Shown one piece after another: positions 12,247 through 51,000 of a stretch of 64,000 bases of DNA. Location: positions 78,430,001-78,494,000 of the forward strand of contig CM075981.1 in the NCBI GenBank assembly GCA_038087875.1, written 5' to 3'. This DNA comes from Malacoraja senta. Taxonomy: Eukaryota. The notes beneath the pieces are model-generated. The model ran no database searches and had not been told where the DNA came from. It saw only the letters and a program-made list of their open reading frames with translations. Numbering within the stretch: position 1 is the first letter of the stretch; each line of letters starts with the position of its first letter. The translations under genes and the position numbers were made by a program.

Positions 12247-14608
12247 TTGGTAGAGTTAGTGTTTCTAATCACGTTTTCTGTTGTTAATATTTGAATTTTT
12301 CTGTAAATTGTTTGATTTAACACTTTTGAGATATTTTTCAAAATGTGAATGTTGAAATATTCACATACATTTAATGCCTTTTGAGTCCCAGCACGCTGCT
12401 TAAACGTTTCTGGGAGTGATACTTTGGTTTTCAGTAAGAAGGGTCTTGTTGATCAGGATCTGGTTTCCGGCATCAAGTTGCCAATGTGGGTAGGTATCGC
12501 TCACCATGGACTGAAGCAGGACGCACTGTACTATCCCACCAGCTGCATATGATTTTGGACCCTTTGCTTTTCCCCACCAGTCTAAAACTTCTGGTGTAAT
12601 TGCTTAAGTGTTCAGCAACACATGTAGCTGAGATTGTGACTTTTAATATTCACCTACAAGCAATTTTAAGAAAGGATCTGTTTTAAAAGCCTTCCATTTT
12701 TCAGTCTCTGTGCTCCTTGATTTTGCTTTAGTTCAGTTCAAGAGTCAAGAGTGTCGTCAAAAGTGTTTTGTTATCATATGTTCCGAAATGGAACAATGAA
12801 ATTCTTACTTGCAGCAGCACAACAAAAATGTAAACATAGTACTCTGTAAACATTCTGCTGACTGGAGCTTTTCACTATACCTTGGTACATATGACAATAA
12901 ACGAAATTGAAACTGTTCACACTTGCCTTTACTTAGTTGTCCTCTGCACATGTTCTCTTGTATGTTCAGCTTTTAATCCTGTCCCATTTGGCTACACCTC
13001 CTGTTCTGGAAATCATTCTGCTTAAGATTTTCCTCTAACCATTAAGTAGTTTACGTGCAAGTTAAAACTATTGATATTTATGAATCTCAGCCTAAAATTA
13101 TTTAGCATTTCCTGTACCTCAAAAGTTCCATTGCCTACACTATTGTCTTAACTATGTTACAAAACCAGTGTGTATATAAATGCACTATACATATAAATGC
13201 ACATAGAAAAAGGCAAAATATCTTGACTTAATTGTGCTTGTCCATTAAAAAGCTGCATATGACCTAAAATCTTTACTTTCCATTATGGTGAACTGGTGTC
13301 CTTTTGTTATGTCTTAACAATTGATCAGCACTTATTAAATAATTTTAATTTTGAAGGTCAAATGTATATCAATATGATATTTGAAAGTGGTCTTTGGTTA
13401 TAAAAGTCCTCAAAGTGTGGAACTTGGTAAGCAAGACAGCTTCTGTGAGGTGGGGGGTAATTGTGGGTGCATTGGTGGGAACAACTGAATACTGGCATAG
13501 ATTTAAATATGTGATGTTACATTGGGATGTTGGCAGATGGGAAATACCTGTAAAAAGTTTCTGCCAAATTTCTATCTTATGGATTTCTCATTTCTTATGA
13601 TACAGGAGGAGGCTATTGGGTCTATGCTGCCCATCAGTCCTGTTCTCCCACTTATCTTTTCAGAACAAGGCAAGGTAGTAGAGCTGTTCAGCCAACTGAA
13701 ATATGCATCCTAGGTCACATGGGAAGTCTGTTTACATAGACAATGACATATGCAGAAGGTTTCTCCAACTTGAACTTGGGATTCCATTGTTCATAAAAGT
13801 CCAAGTGGTACATCTGTGAAACTGAATGGCAAATTAAAGACTAAGCTATTTAGGGCCAAAATCAGTTTTTTAAACTCATCTTTAGTATTGTGCACCTTAG
13901 AGGACTGCTGATTGCATTCAAAGAAAAATTCAAAGCAAGAAAATAGTTGTTTCAGGTGGCATATCATCCTTGATTCTATTCATGCAGGTTTTAGGGGCTG
14001 GAATAGCATTTTCCTGATTTTTTTTTTTTCTTATGCCATTCGCTCCATTTCAAAATAGAGCCTGTATTATTGCTTTGGAATATTATTTCTATGGTAACGT
14101 CTGGCTGCAGCTTATAATAAAGGTCATTGTGATTATTTGCCTGGTGGTCTGAATTTGACGCTCAAATATAGTTGAATATATTCTGTTTGCAGCTTTAATT
14201 GGAATATGTAATCGTTTCAGTTTTTTAATTATCTATATATTTAACATCAGTTTGAAAATAAATGCAAAATATTTGCTTTGGACTGTATTCTTGTGAGCAT
14301 CATTTAATACTTTTTGTATAACAAAATGTAACCCACAGAACACTAAGTTTGGGCTGCTTTGTCGAGCTCAGTTCCACCAGTTTCCCACTGTGAGCCTGGT
14401 AGTTGAGGAGAAAGTGCAAATAAAAGCAAACTTCAATGTTTGACATCTTGATGTTACATTTTAATCTTTCCCATATACATGTTCCAAACCAGTTAATCTC
14501 CAATGTAGTGTCTACTTTCACTCACATTGTCTTCATTTTTAAATGTCCACAGAAGATGTCCTTGTTCTCCCTCAACTTTCACTGCTTCCAGTAAGATTGT
14601 CAGAGGAG

Positions 14609-14730
14609 TCAGAGATCAGAGATTGTCAGAGATCAGTCTGAAGAAGGGTTTCGGCCCGAAACGTTCCCTATTTCCTTCGCTCCATAGATGCTGCTGCACC
14701 CGCTGAGTTTCTCCAGCACTTTTGTCTACC
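14609..14730 (+). mobile_element. Short Penelope-derived insert with minimal hammerhead motif and 17-bp TSD
   Basis: CTGAAGA-A-GGGT(TTCG)GCCC-GAAACGTT; TSD TAAGATTGTCAGAGGAG at 14592-14608 and 14731-14747. Confidence 0.85.
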
Positions 14731-17549
14731 TAAGATTGTCAGAGGAGATGGAGAAACATTTGGATGTCCACAACATGTGGTACAGATGTTAATCTTTTGT
14801 CACATTGGTTTTGTTTTGCTTTTGGTCACTGATCTGTATCTGCTTACTGAGGTTTCCAAACAAATTTTGCCTGTGTTTTCATAAGTTCTTACATTTAGCA
14901 AACAAATTTTTGAAATTGGCTTTGGATGCTGGTCGTTTAATTAATTTCTTCCTTCTTGCCCAGTGTCTTTTTATTCATCATTTTAAAGTATCCAGGGATA
15001 ATTCTCTCTTTGTTGCTCTTGTCTCTGAACGCCAGTTTAATTTTGATGAATGACTTGTCATTTTGCACATAGAAGTTTGGAGAATTAGGTGATCGTTTTG
15101 TCTCTATGTTTTGTGTTACATTTTTTTATGTCTCTGATCTGGATTCTCCCTTGTTAATTCTCTTTACTGCATCTCTTTCTACTTTCTCTTTCTGTCTGCT
15201 ACACTATTTTTTCTGTGTGAGACTGTGGTTGATATCATATGATGCTGTTGACAAAGAAGCCCCTAATGGCTACAGCTACAAGTAAGCTACACGGCTTACC
15301 CCAATTTCTTGGATCAAATCATAGTATCTGGCCCTACCATTTATCCACAAGCCATCCTTTTAACCAGCTGTTCATGGCCTTCATATAATTAAATTCAGCC
15401 AATACCTGTATTCAGTCTTGTCTAGACCTTCACCCATTTCCACCTTGTTCATCCAAGAGTGTGTGAAGGGGCTAAGAACACCATCATGCTTGGATAACGC
15501 CCCTTCCGACTCTCTTTTCTATTATTTCCTCTCATGCATGTTGTTTGCTTTTAAAATGCAACAAGAAAAATACCTGCAGAACAATAAACGAAGCAGTCGC
15601 TCTCACTATTTCTTCCTGTTTTAGAGGTACATAAAATTTTAATGTCCTATTGTTTTGATTGTATTGACCACATTATCTCAAAATGCAGCTAAATGACTTT
15701 AGATTGAATTTTAAAGCTAATTAATTGTTATTTAAAGAAAAAGCGTCATCTTCCATTCTTATCCCTTCTTTTCCATTACCCCTCAGTTTCCTTTTATATG
15801 ACTAGAGCACATAAATTGAATAGCAAGGGCACCAAATCCCTTTGGGTATTTTCACTCCTACAAAACAACCGGTTTGTGCATTAAGGATTGGCGTGGAATT
15901 AAACACATCGTATACATCTTGACATTGCCATAGAAAATTGTTTTAATATTTGTCGAACTTAATACATTTATTTCAAGGGAGATGACAGAGCAGCGAATGC
16001 AAAGAACTATTAAACTATAAAGACAATATTTGTAACAAATTAACTACATCAAATGCATAAAGTGCATTCAGTTTCGGATTGTTCAGCCTGGGCACCAATA
16101 ATTCAGATGAATATTTAAATTGAAGCAATGTACACCAATTTGGTCAGAAAAGGTAATTTCTTAACTGGCAATTTAATTTTTAATTCTGTTTAAGCTCTTA
16201 TTTGTGCATTAGAATTTTAATGAAGGCAGATGTGAAAGCATAAACTAAGTTCAAAATAATGGCATCCAGTAGTTATGTAAGGATATGGATGTTACGTAAA
16301 ATTTTGCTTGTTCAGAAGATAAAAAGGGAATTTAACACATTTAAGCCGATGCAGAAAAGAAAATGAACATGGCAGCTGAGAGGAATACTGGGATGAAAGG
16401 CTAAGGCAAAGGTTACATTTTAAAATGCTGAGGTATCTGAAGTGTAGTCTGGACCTAAGCTGCTTCTGACCGTTAACAAATAGGAAGCATATTCGTGCCA
16501 TCGACTGTCTGCATTAAACGTGTATTACAGAGTGAGAAATTTGTAACTTATTTTCGTCAGAAACTTCATGTACGTAAGCAGCAGAAATGCTGGTTTTTGT
16601 AGTGGAGAATAAAGTAACAGTCTAATAAGGCTTTCAGAAGGAACCTTAATACTCTCAGTCTTGTGGAATAGATGCTAATCCTCAACAGGGTACATTCTAG
16701 GAGTATGTTCATGACAAACCTCATTGCTATCCAGTCTGTCTACCCAACGCTAAAATTGGATAATGTAACCAAAATCTGTCTCGGTATTGATAACCATTGA
16801 TTATTAACATATATTAACTTAATGTGGACAAATAAAAGTGATTACGCTTAACCTTAAATGCTAGTTTGAATTATTCTTTCCCTTTTGAGTTTGGCCGTGC
16901 TTCAATCGTCACAAAGTTAAATTAACCATCAGCTGCCCTCAACTTGAAAATTTCTTCTGATATGGATTCTATCCTGATTCTCAGATGCAGACATAAACAT
17001 GTCAAACTAGCTGTTTGTCAGTTATGTATAAATCATCATTCTTAAGGACTTGCATCATAACTTTTTATATCTCCAGGATTATTTTAAGAGAATGGTGATG
17101 ACTGGGCTTTTTTTTGCCAACCAGTTCTTTCTATTCCTCTGAGACATTAAGATTGAAAACATCTTCACAGCTGTGTTTCCTGCCTCCCTACTTACTGTAT
17201 CTGGCTCACGAAGTCCAATATTCTCCAGCAACCTCCCCACTCCATTCGGGTTTCTCTTGCCTCTTCTCATGACTTCATGGGTTTATTTTATCCATGAAAC
17301 CCACCTTCATTTTCAAATCAGCTGCTTTTTCAAAAAAGGCTCTGACTCTTAATTCTTTCAGACTACCAGTCCAAGTTAGAGTTAGAGTTTACAGTTTATG
17401 AATGTTGTACGGTTTCATAAACCCTTACTTATCCTAAACATGGCTCTAGTTTTGAACTCTCAGATTCGTGCTATTGCCTAAAGTGCTAACATTTCTACTG
17501 GTACTGCTGCTGGTATTCCTTGATCACACCAGGGCCATTATGCGTTTTA

Positions 17550-18322
17550 TGGGCCTGTCCCACTTAGGCAACTTTTCAGGCGACTACAGGAGACTGCGGT
17601 CGCCACATGTTCGCAGGTGGTTGCCGGGGAGTCGCCTTCATGGTCGTGAGGAGTTCCCGCATTGTGGGAACTAGTCGTGGCCTCATTATGGGCGCCGCAA
17701 ATTTTTCAACATTGAAAAATTAGTGGCGACCAGAATGAAGCCGCCATGGACAGTAGCGAAAATTCTCGTGCCGTAGGTGGGTCGCCAGGAGGTCCTAGTG
17801 AGTTGACAGGAGGTGAAAGGTTCTCGTAGGTTCTTGTTGGTTGTAGTCGGTGCTGACCGGTGAATTTCATTGGCTCATTGGGAAAACAAACGTAAGCAGT
17901 AGTTTTCAGAACCAAGGATAACCGACCGGTTTAATGTTAATGTCCGCCGAGCTTCACGGCCGTGTATCTCTGGCTTCTTAAAAGTTGTCTCCACTCCTTC
18001 TCCCTCCGTCTCCCCCCTCTTTTAAAGGACTTACCGTACACTGTGCTTTCACCATCTTAATTACAGCGCCAACCTTCCTGTTCATCGCGGTGTGTGTCTG
18101 TATCACCTTGGCTTTGCACTGTGTGAATTTTACTCAGACAGCGCTCCACCCGCTTGCCCTGTCCCCCGCCTGCATAACTGGCTGGTGAAGGAAGCGATTT
18201 GTGTGTGCGTGTGTGTTCCACTCTGACAGTCGCCGTTTCAGTTGCTGGTTTTTCAGGCGACTGCCGGCAACTTGACAGTCGCTGGCAGTCGCCTGAAAAA
18301 TCGCCTAAGTGGGACAGGCCCA
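17550..18322. mobile_element. Non-autonomous PIF/Harbinger MITE
   Basis: TIRs TGGGCCTGTCCCACTTAGGC... and ...GCCTAAGTGGGACAGGCCCA; TTA TSD at 17547-17549 and 18323-18325; no transposase ORF. Confidence 0.9.
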
Positions 18323-21319
18323 TTATTCCTCTGATTTAATTGTTGAACAGAGGTGGAATATTATGTTGTCTTTTTTACATCTGCTATTCTGTATTTAGTT
18401 GTAACCATTGCACTTGCAGCAATATATTTCTTTGTGGAATTATGGAGTCTTTCTCTTGACCACTTCTTCCTCTGCTATAGTGTACTGCCATTTGATCTGA
18501 ACATCTGAAGCTAATGTTCATTTGGGTGCCAGGGTGTGTCAAAAGCAATGGCAACAACAAAAACAATTGAACTGGAATAGTGGAGCAGATGATTTTGTTC
18601 TGCAACTTTTAAAAGAGTAGATAGGAATAATGCAAATGCCTGTACTCTGATTTTGATCTTTCAATTTCCAAGAAATTCTTTAGAAAGGTGAAAAGGGAAA
18701 CATGGAGAGAAATGTTTTTCATGGTGAAAGAAGTGCAGTAGTAGCACCCTCTCCCAATAAAACAATGCGATTTCTCTAGGACAAAATAATTGCATATGCA
18801 GCGTTTTGTTTGATACAAATTTTCTAAATAAAATCTATGTTAATCTCTGAGAGCAACGTGGCCACTAAACTTGATTGACATAGGAATTTCTTATTCATTC
18901 CCACTCTGGCTAATTATTGCATCGGCAGTATACACAGCCAATTCAGAATTGAGTTCTTGGGTAATTAGGAAGTGGCTGAATTAATATTATTGTGACTGCC
19001 AATTTCAAGTATTTTTTTTTGAAGGGATGACTGCAGTCCAGTACAAAGAAGTTACTGTTGTATTGATTTCCTCTGTAAGAGGCTGCTATTTACAGTTAAC
19101 ACTTGGCATCTATTGGGTGATTACTGAGGAGCAGGAGGCAAATGGAGATATTGGCAGATGTTCAAAATAGTAAGAGATAACCAGTGACATCCTGCAGGTG
19201 CTCAAAATCCCCAAATGTGACCAGTGACATCTCTGACGTCTCGACTATTCACTATTTATTAATGACTCGGTATATGGTATAGAGAGACAGATTTCCTAAG
19301 TTGCTAATAATGCAAAGATAGTCCTTAAAAGTAGTGTATTGAATGCATTAATTTACATAGGAATGTTATTAGTTGAATGGGAAGGAATGGGTTTCGATGT
19401 TGACAAGTGTGAAGTTATCAACCAAAAATGCGTTCAAAGTAGAATATAAGGTGTAAAAATAATTATTTTAATTAATAACCACTGCATAATCTTGGATTTC
19501 ATAATTTTTCCCATAATCCACGAAAAATGAGACACCAAATTAAATGATTTGACTGCAGAGAAGTACTGATTCTTTGGCACCCAGGATGCAAACCTTTATA
19601 TTTTCAATAAGTTTTAGACTGCAGTTAATCAGACAGGATTCATCCATTACAATATCACGCTGAATATCATAGATTAAAAACATAAAATTCTGGAAATACA
19701 TAGCAGGTCAGGTTGCATCTGCTGGAAGAGAAACAGAGTTAATGTTTCAGGTAGAGAAGGGTCATCTTTACTTTTATTTCAGATGTCCAGCATCGAATTT
19801 CTTTGACTAGTAGCGACCTTGCAGAAGTGACTATTCAGTTGCCTAGATACAACTCTTTATGTTTGTATGACTCCTGAAAAGTGAGTACAATGCATACTGC
19901 TTATTCAGTGCAGAGGAGCTTGTGAGGCACCACGGGAGGTGATGCCTTTCAGAAATGAGAACTTTTAAACTGAGGCCCTGTTTTGGATCTCTATTTTAAG
20001 GCAAAGAAGTTTATAGGGCAATTATTAATCTTTAGGACAGATTATTTTGAGGATAATCACATTAGTGCACTGTCCAAACAGGCCATCTTCTTTCATATAG
20101 AATAATAGTCACAACATTAAAAAAGTAATTTTAAAGCAATTTGGGACATCCCATAAAAGGCACTGTGTAAAGATGTTATTTCTGTAATAAATGAGAGAGA
20201 TGGTAAAGATCACAACTAAGTGAAATTTTGTATTTATTTAATGCTTACATATGTGTTTTACAGTACTGCATGAAACCCCATGCAGATGTATTTGTAAAAT
20301 GTCCTGTTTTAATGCCAAAATTCACTTATTGCCTGCTAATGACTCTCTTTTAAGTAAAAATACAATCATCTGAGAATTTAATTTTTATAAACGTACAAAA
20401 TAATTTATATTTTCACAGTACATTTCATGACTGAAGGATATACCAAACCACTTTGATATGAAATTTTCTTGAAATGTTGGTATATAAAAAAACATGCAGC
20501 ACAGTCCTAAATTTGATTTGTGAAGGAATGGGCAGACAACGTTTTGAGTTGGGACACTTCTTAAGACCAATGAAGGATCCTGATCCGAAATGTTGTCTGT
20601 CTGCTATGTATGCTCTTCATCTACCTGATCCTCTGAGTTCCTCCAGCACTCAGTGTTTTGATCAAGATTCCAGCATCTGCAGTTCCTTGTGTCTTTGTAA
20701 TTAAATTTTATGGATTCTAGTTTTGAGGACTTGGAAAATGACTTTCTGATTTATTCACAATGTTACATTTGGATTAGCATTGTTAAAATGAGAGCAATAT
20801 AGCCTTGAGCTGATATCGGTAAATGTTGTGCATGCCACTCCCGTCAACAAACAATTACTTTTTGTAGTGTTCTGAATTAGTTGGTTACACAGCATTTAAC
20901 AATGAATCGCCCTACTGTTTAATTTTTTGAAGTGACCCATTCATATAATGTATATTCAGTTTAATTTGCATATATCAGTTTAAAAGCCTTGTGCCTTTTA
21001 GTTCTTATTTTTAAATGCTTTGAGTGTTAGTTAGTGACACCAGGAGGTAAAATGAAGTTCTGCAGTGCGAGCAGATTTCAGTCATTCGGTTGTGTTGCAC
21101 CAGTAGAGATTGTTGAAATAGCTTTTTCTCTTAAATTAAATCTGATTAAAATTAAGTCTGCTCCAACCCCAAAAACACAAAAGACATCTGTAATCTTAAA
21201 TACACAACTAGATTTCTCTACAAAGCTATTATGATGAGAAACTGAGCCCCCAGTACAAATCTCTGGTCACATCTGGCCAGGGATGAGGCTTCTCATTGCC
21301 ATTCTCTGTCTCCTGCTTT

Positions 21320-21506
21320 CACATTGTGTTTCTGATTTTTTTAATGTCTTTGAATCGAATTCTGTCTTTAATTTGTGTATTGGTGATGTCTTTATAACTT
21401 ATTTTACTCCGATTATATGTTTCTCTGTTATATTCTGTAAGGTGTCCTTGAGACTTTTGTATAGGCGCCCACAAATAAAATTTATTATTATTATTATTAT
21501 AATAAT
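21320..21506 (+). mobile_element. 3' fragment of an L2-tailed retroelement with (TTA)n tail; same family as 38646-39605
   Basis: TGTAAGGTGTCCTTGAG...GGCGCC..AAATAAAA(TTA)n, homologous to the reverse complement of 38650-38840. Confidence 0.75.
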
Positions 21507-21782
21507 TAAAACCCATATTACAAGATGACCTCCAATTTTAAGCACATGTACAGTTTCTTGTGGAACCATATTATTTTCTGCGTCCAGAATGACTAAATTA
21601 AATTGGTGTTAACTTAAATATTGTTCATAACAACCACGTCATGTATTGTTCAGATTAATAGAAAATGAATTAATCAGAAAGGGATTATGAAGTTGTTGGT
21701 GTCTGTGAGACATATGTTTTAAGAAAGGGGAGAGTGTTCAGAGGAAGTATATGAAACTAAATCCTATATTTTTGTTTTTCAG

Positions 21783-48064
<26,282 letters not shown>

Positions 48065-51000
48065 AGTACGCCAGTCCTTTTGAAGCTGTTAGGAACACTA
48101 CGGAAAGGAATTTCTGCAAGCATCAGAATGAGTGGCGGACTGTGTAACTGAGAGAACTAACAATTCACTCACACGGTTGCTATAACTTACGAATGATGTA
48201 AAGACGCTGATCGCTCAGAAACTGAAAGGCAGCAGGATTTCGGAAAGAGGAAACCGGGGAGCTCAAGTAAAGAAGATACTGACAGACAGAAAAATGGACC
48301 TGTTTCAGTTGTATCATACATTTTTAAGTTGTGTGCTTGAAACTTTATTTCAAAAACTTTGCACAGTGAACGATGACAGATCCTTGCACATTTCACTTCC
48401 TTATATTCTTTTAACCATTCACCCTCATAAAAATGGTCCAACGGAAACGTTTCATTCTTCCAGAAGCTGAAACTGACGTTTAAAAATACTGGATGCTAAA
48501 CTAGAAATAGGTAATTTTCTAGCTTGAGTATTCCTTTTTTATCAACTCTTTCAGCGCAGATAGTAACTATACTTGGTGCGTTTTGATCAAATCAGATTAT
48601 TTTTATCTATATTTTGTTAAAAGAATTGTATTCCTCAACAATATGATAGGTAACTGTTTTTAGGAATATTTACAAAAAAACTTGTTCTATTGTGATGAAT
48701 CCTTTAATACTGCAGTCATGTTTTGGCTCCAAAATTGAAATTGTAGTCATGCTCAAATGTTCGTTTTACGAACAGCTTGAGGTAAGGTATCCTCTATTTA
48801 TTCCTTGAATTCCACTTCATAATGCACATAAAACAAACATCAATTTTTACAGAATTAATTTAAAAATATGAGCTGAATGTATAGAAACATGAAAGTGATC
48901 CATTCGGAGTCCAGCGTTGAAAGAGTTAATGGAGGACAATTGACAGACATTGCTGCTGAGGTGATTTTTTTTCCCTCCTTTGCTGTAAATCGGGTTTGTC
49001 TCTGAATCTCCTTGTAATTCTTTTGTTCCCTTGCCACCTTTCCCTTAGCTGGGAACCTATAATAGCAGACATCCGTGAAGCACCCAATCTCAAGAAAACT
49101 AGAGAAATGTGCCAAGTGTGAAACTGGTTTACATGACAATTTACGGGCAAGACCATTCCAAGAGACTAAGCATTATAAGTTATGAAATTTTATTATCATG
49201 ATATTTACATCCATGTTTTAACAATTTGCTGAAAAGTTTTGCCTTTTTGTTTCGGGATGTTGAATTGAGGTTTTTTTAATTAAGATCATGAACGCTTCTG
49301 AAGACATGAATAAGCAAAAAAGGAAATTATTAAAACTGTGTTAGTGCCGTCAACATTAAGGAAGACTCTGGAACTTTAAACGGGAGCCGTGTATGAGTTT
49401 AAACCATACATTGTTTTTGTGAATTCCATGTTCTTCTGCCCCTTTTCAAATGAGACATTTATTCCTTTTATTGTATTTGATGATCTTAAATTGTGTAGAT
49501 TTCAAGCTAATATTGTGTGGCTATAAATCAAAATAGTTTGATAACAACAATGGTGTAAACACTCGTAGAAATGAATTCATTTTTACATGTCGGGTAACTA
49601 AAGGAATTGTGACCAATGTCATGTTTGTTTTAAGTCCATGTTAAGGGTTTGAGCAAAATCAAGTCTACTTATTAGTGCTTTTTCTATGTCGCTGTTGATC
49701 ACTGCTGAAAAGTTTAGACACCTGCTCTAAAGATTCATTTTGAAGAAACAATTTTAATTTTATAATCTGGGAGTAAACAAAATCCCTGTGTTCTACAAAA
49801 ATCACAGCTTTCAACTCATTGCAGTCTCACTGAACCTAATAAATGTTGCATAAATTCAAGAAAATTAAAAAGCATATTGCACTCATTGATTTTACACAGT
49901 GACCAACCAATTCAAATCTTTATTCAATGTAGCATAGAAATCAATTTCTTTGTCTAAAACATTGGATTTTATTTTCAATATTATTGAAGCAGAACTGAAA
50001 TCTCAGTCGCGGATACTACAGTTTGGCAAACTGTGTGGAGAAGGTTTGGGGAGAGTTATATTTTGTAGCCTAGAATGGGGATTTCAATTTCACTGATATG
50101 ACAAAAGAATTACAATTTCATAATATTTCAATGCTGATTGCGTGTAAAAGTTGAGTGCTTGTCAACAATATGTTGTCTCATGCTATTAGACATCAGAAAG
50201 ATTTACTTCTACATTTATTAATGCACTGTATTTAAGCAGTTTTTATATCTAAAGTTTTCCCTAATTTATGGGTCCATGATATAATTTAAAGTCCTTTCCA
50301 AACAAATATTATTCCTTGATTATTATTTTTTGTAACTATTACATTGACATAACCTAACACTAAATTTATAAAGTACATGTTAGGATTCTTTTACTGCTAA
50401 CTCTAGTAAATCCTAGAGAGATATCTAGAACAATTCTCTGCCTTTTTGCTTGAATTAGCAGCACCAGGAAATAATGTCATGAGTGGTTACTGTGTTCTTT
50501 GCAAATTGATTAATTTTCTTTATATAACCCTTTAACTCAGTAGGTACCTGATTGTTTGATGTACAGATGATCACTGATCACTAAAATTAATTTTCCAAAT
50601 TGGGCGTGTTAAGTTGCACGTTGCCAGTAAGATTCCCTTCTGTACAAACCCCAAAGCAAAAGACGTGCGTTTGACGATAATGGAAGCGTTGTTTCAAATC
50701 AGAGCACGAATCGTGGTTTTCAATTTAATTTTGAAATTGATACTGAATGTTAGTTTTTTTTTTAAAACTTGGTCACTTGATTACTTAAGAAATATTTGGA
50801 TAATGTGAAATTGGCATGTTCTGTTTTCAAAGTTATGCTGCAAAGAATATTGTTGCTTTTACCACTAACTTTGGAAAACGTGTTAATTCTATGGGATTAA
50901 ACAGACTAAATGCTACTTTTGTCACCGCAGTCCAGCAGCTGAGACTTCTGCGCAGTTTCAATTGTAATGTCAATTTTGTTGTGTAAAAATGCAAGACCAT

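Noticed and set aside
8400-21700. Numerous 60-100 aa ORFs in intron 1
   Set aside because: Low-complexity AT-rich translations, often with non-ATG starts, showing no protein motifs or exon structure.
525-21782. SMURF1 coding exon 1 (MSNPG...KIRLT)
   Set aside because: No matching sequence or promoter-like CpG island was found by eye; it is presumed upstream of the window.
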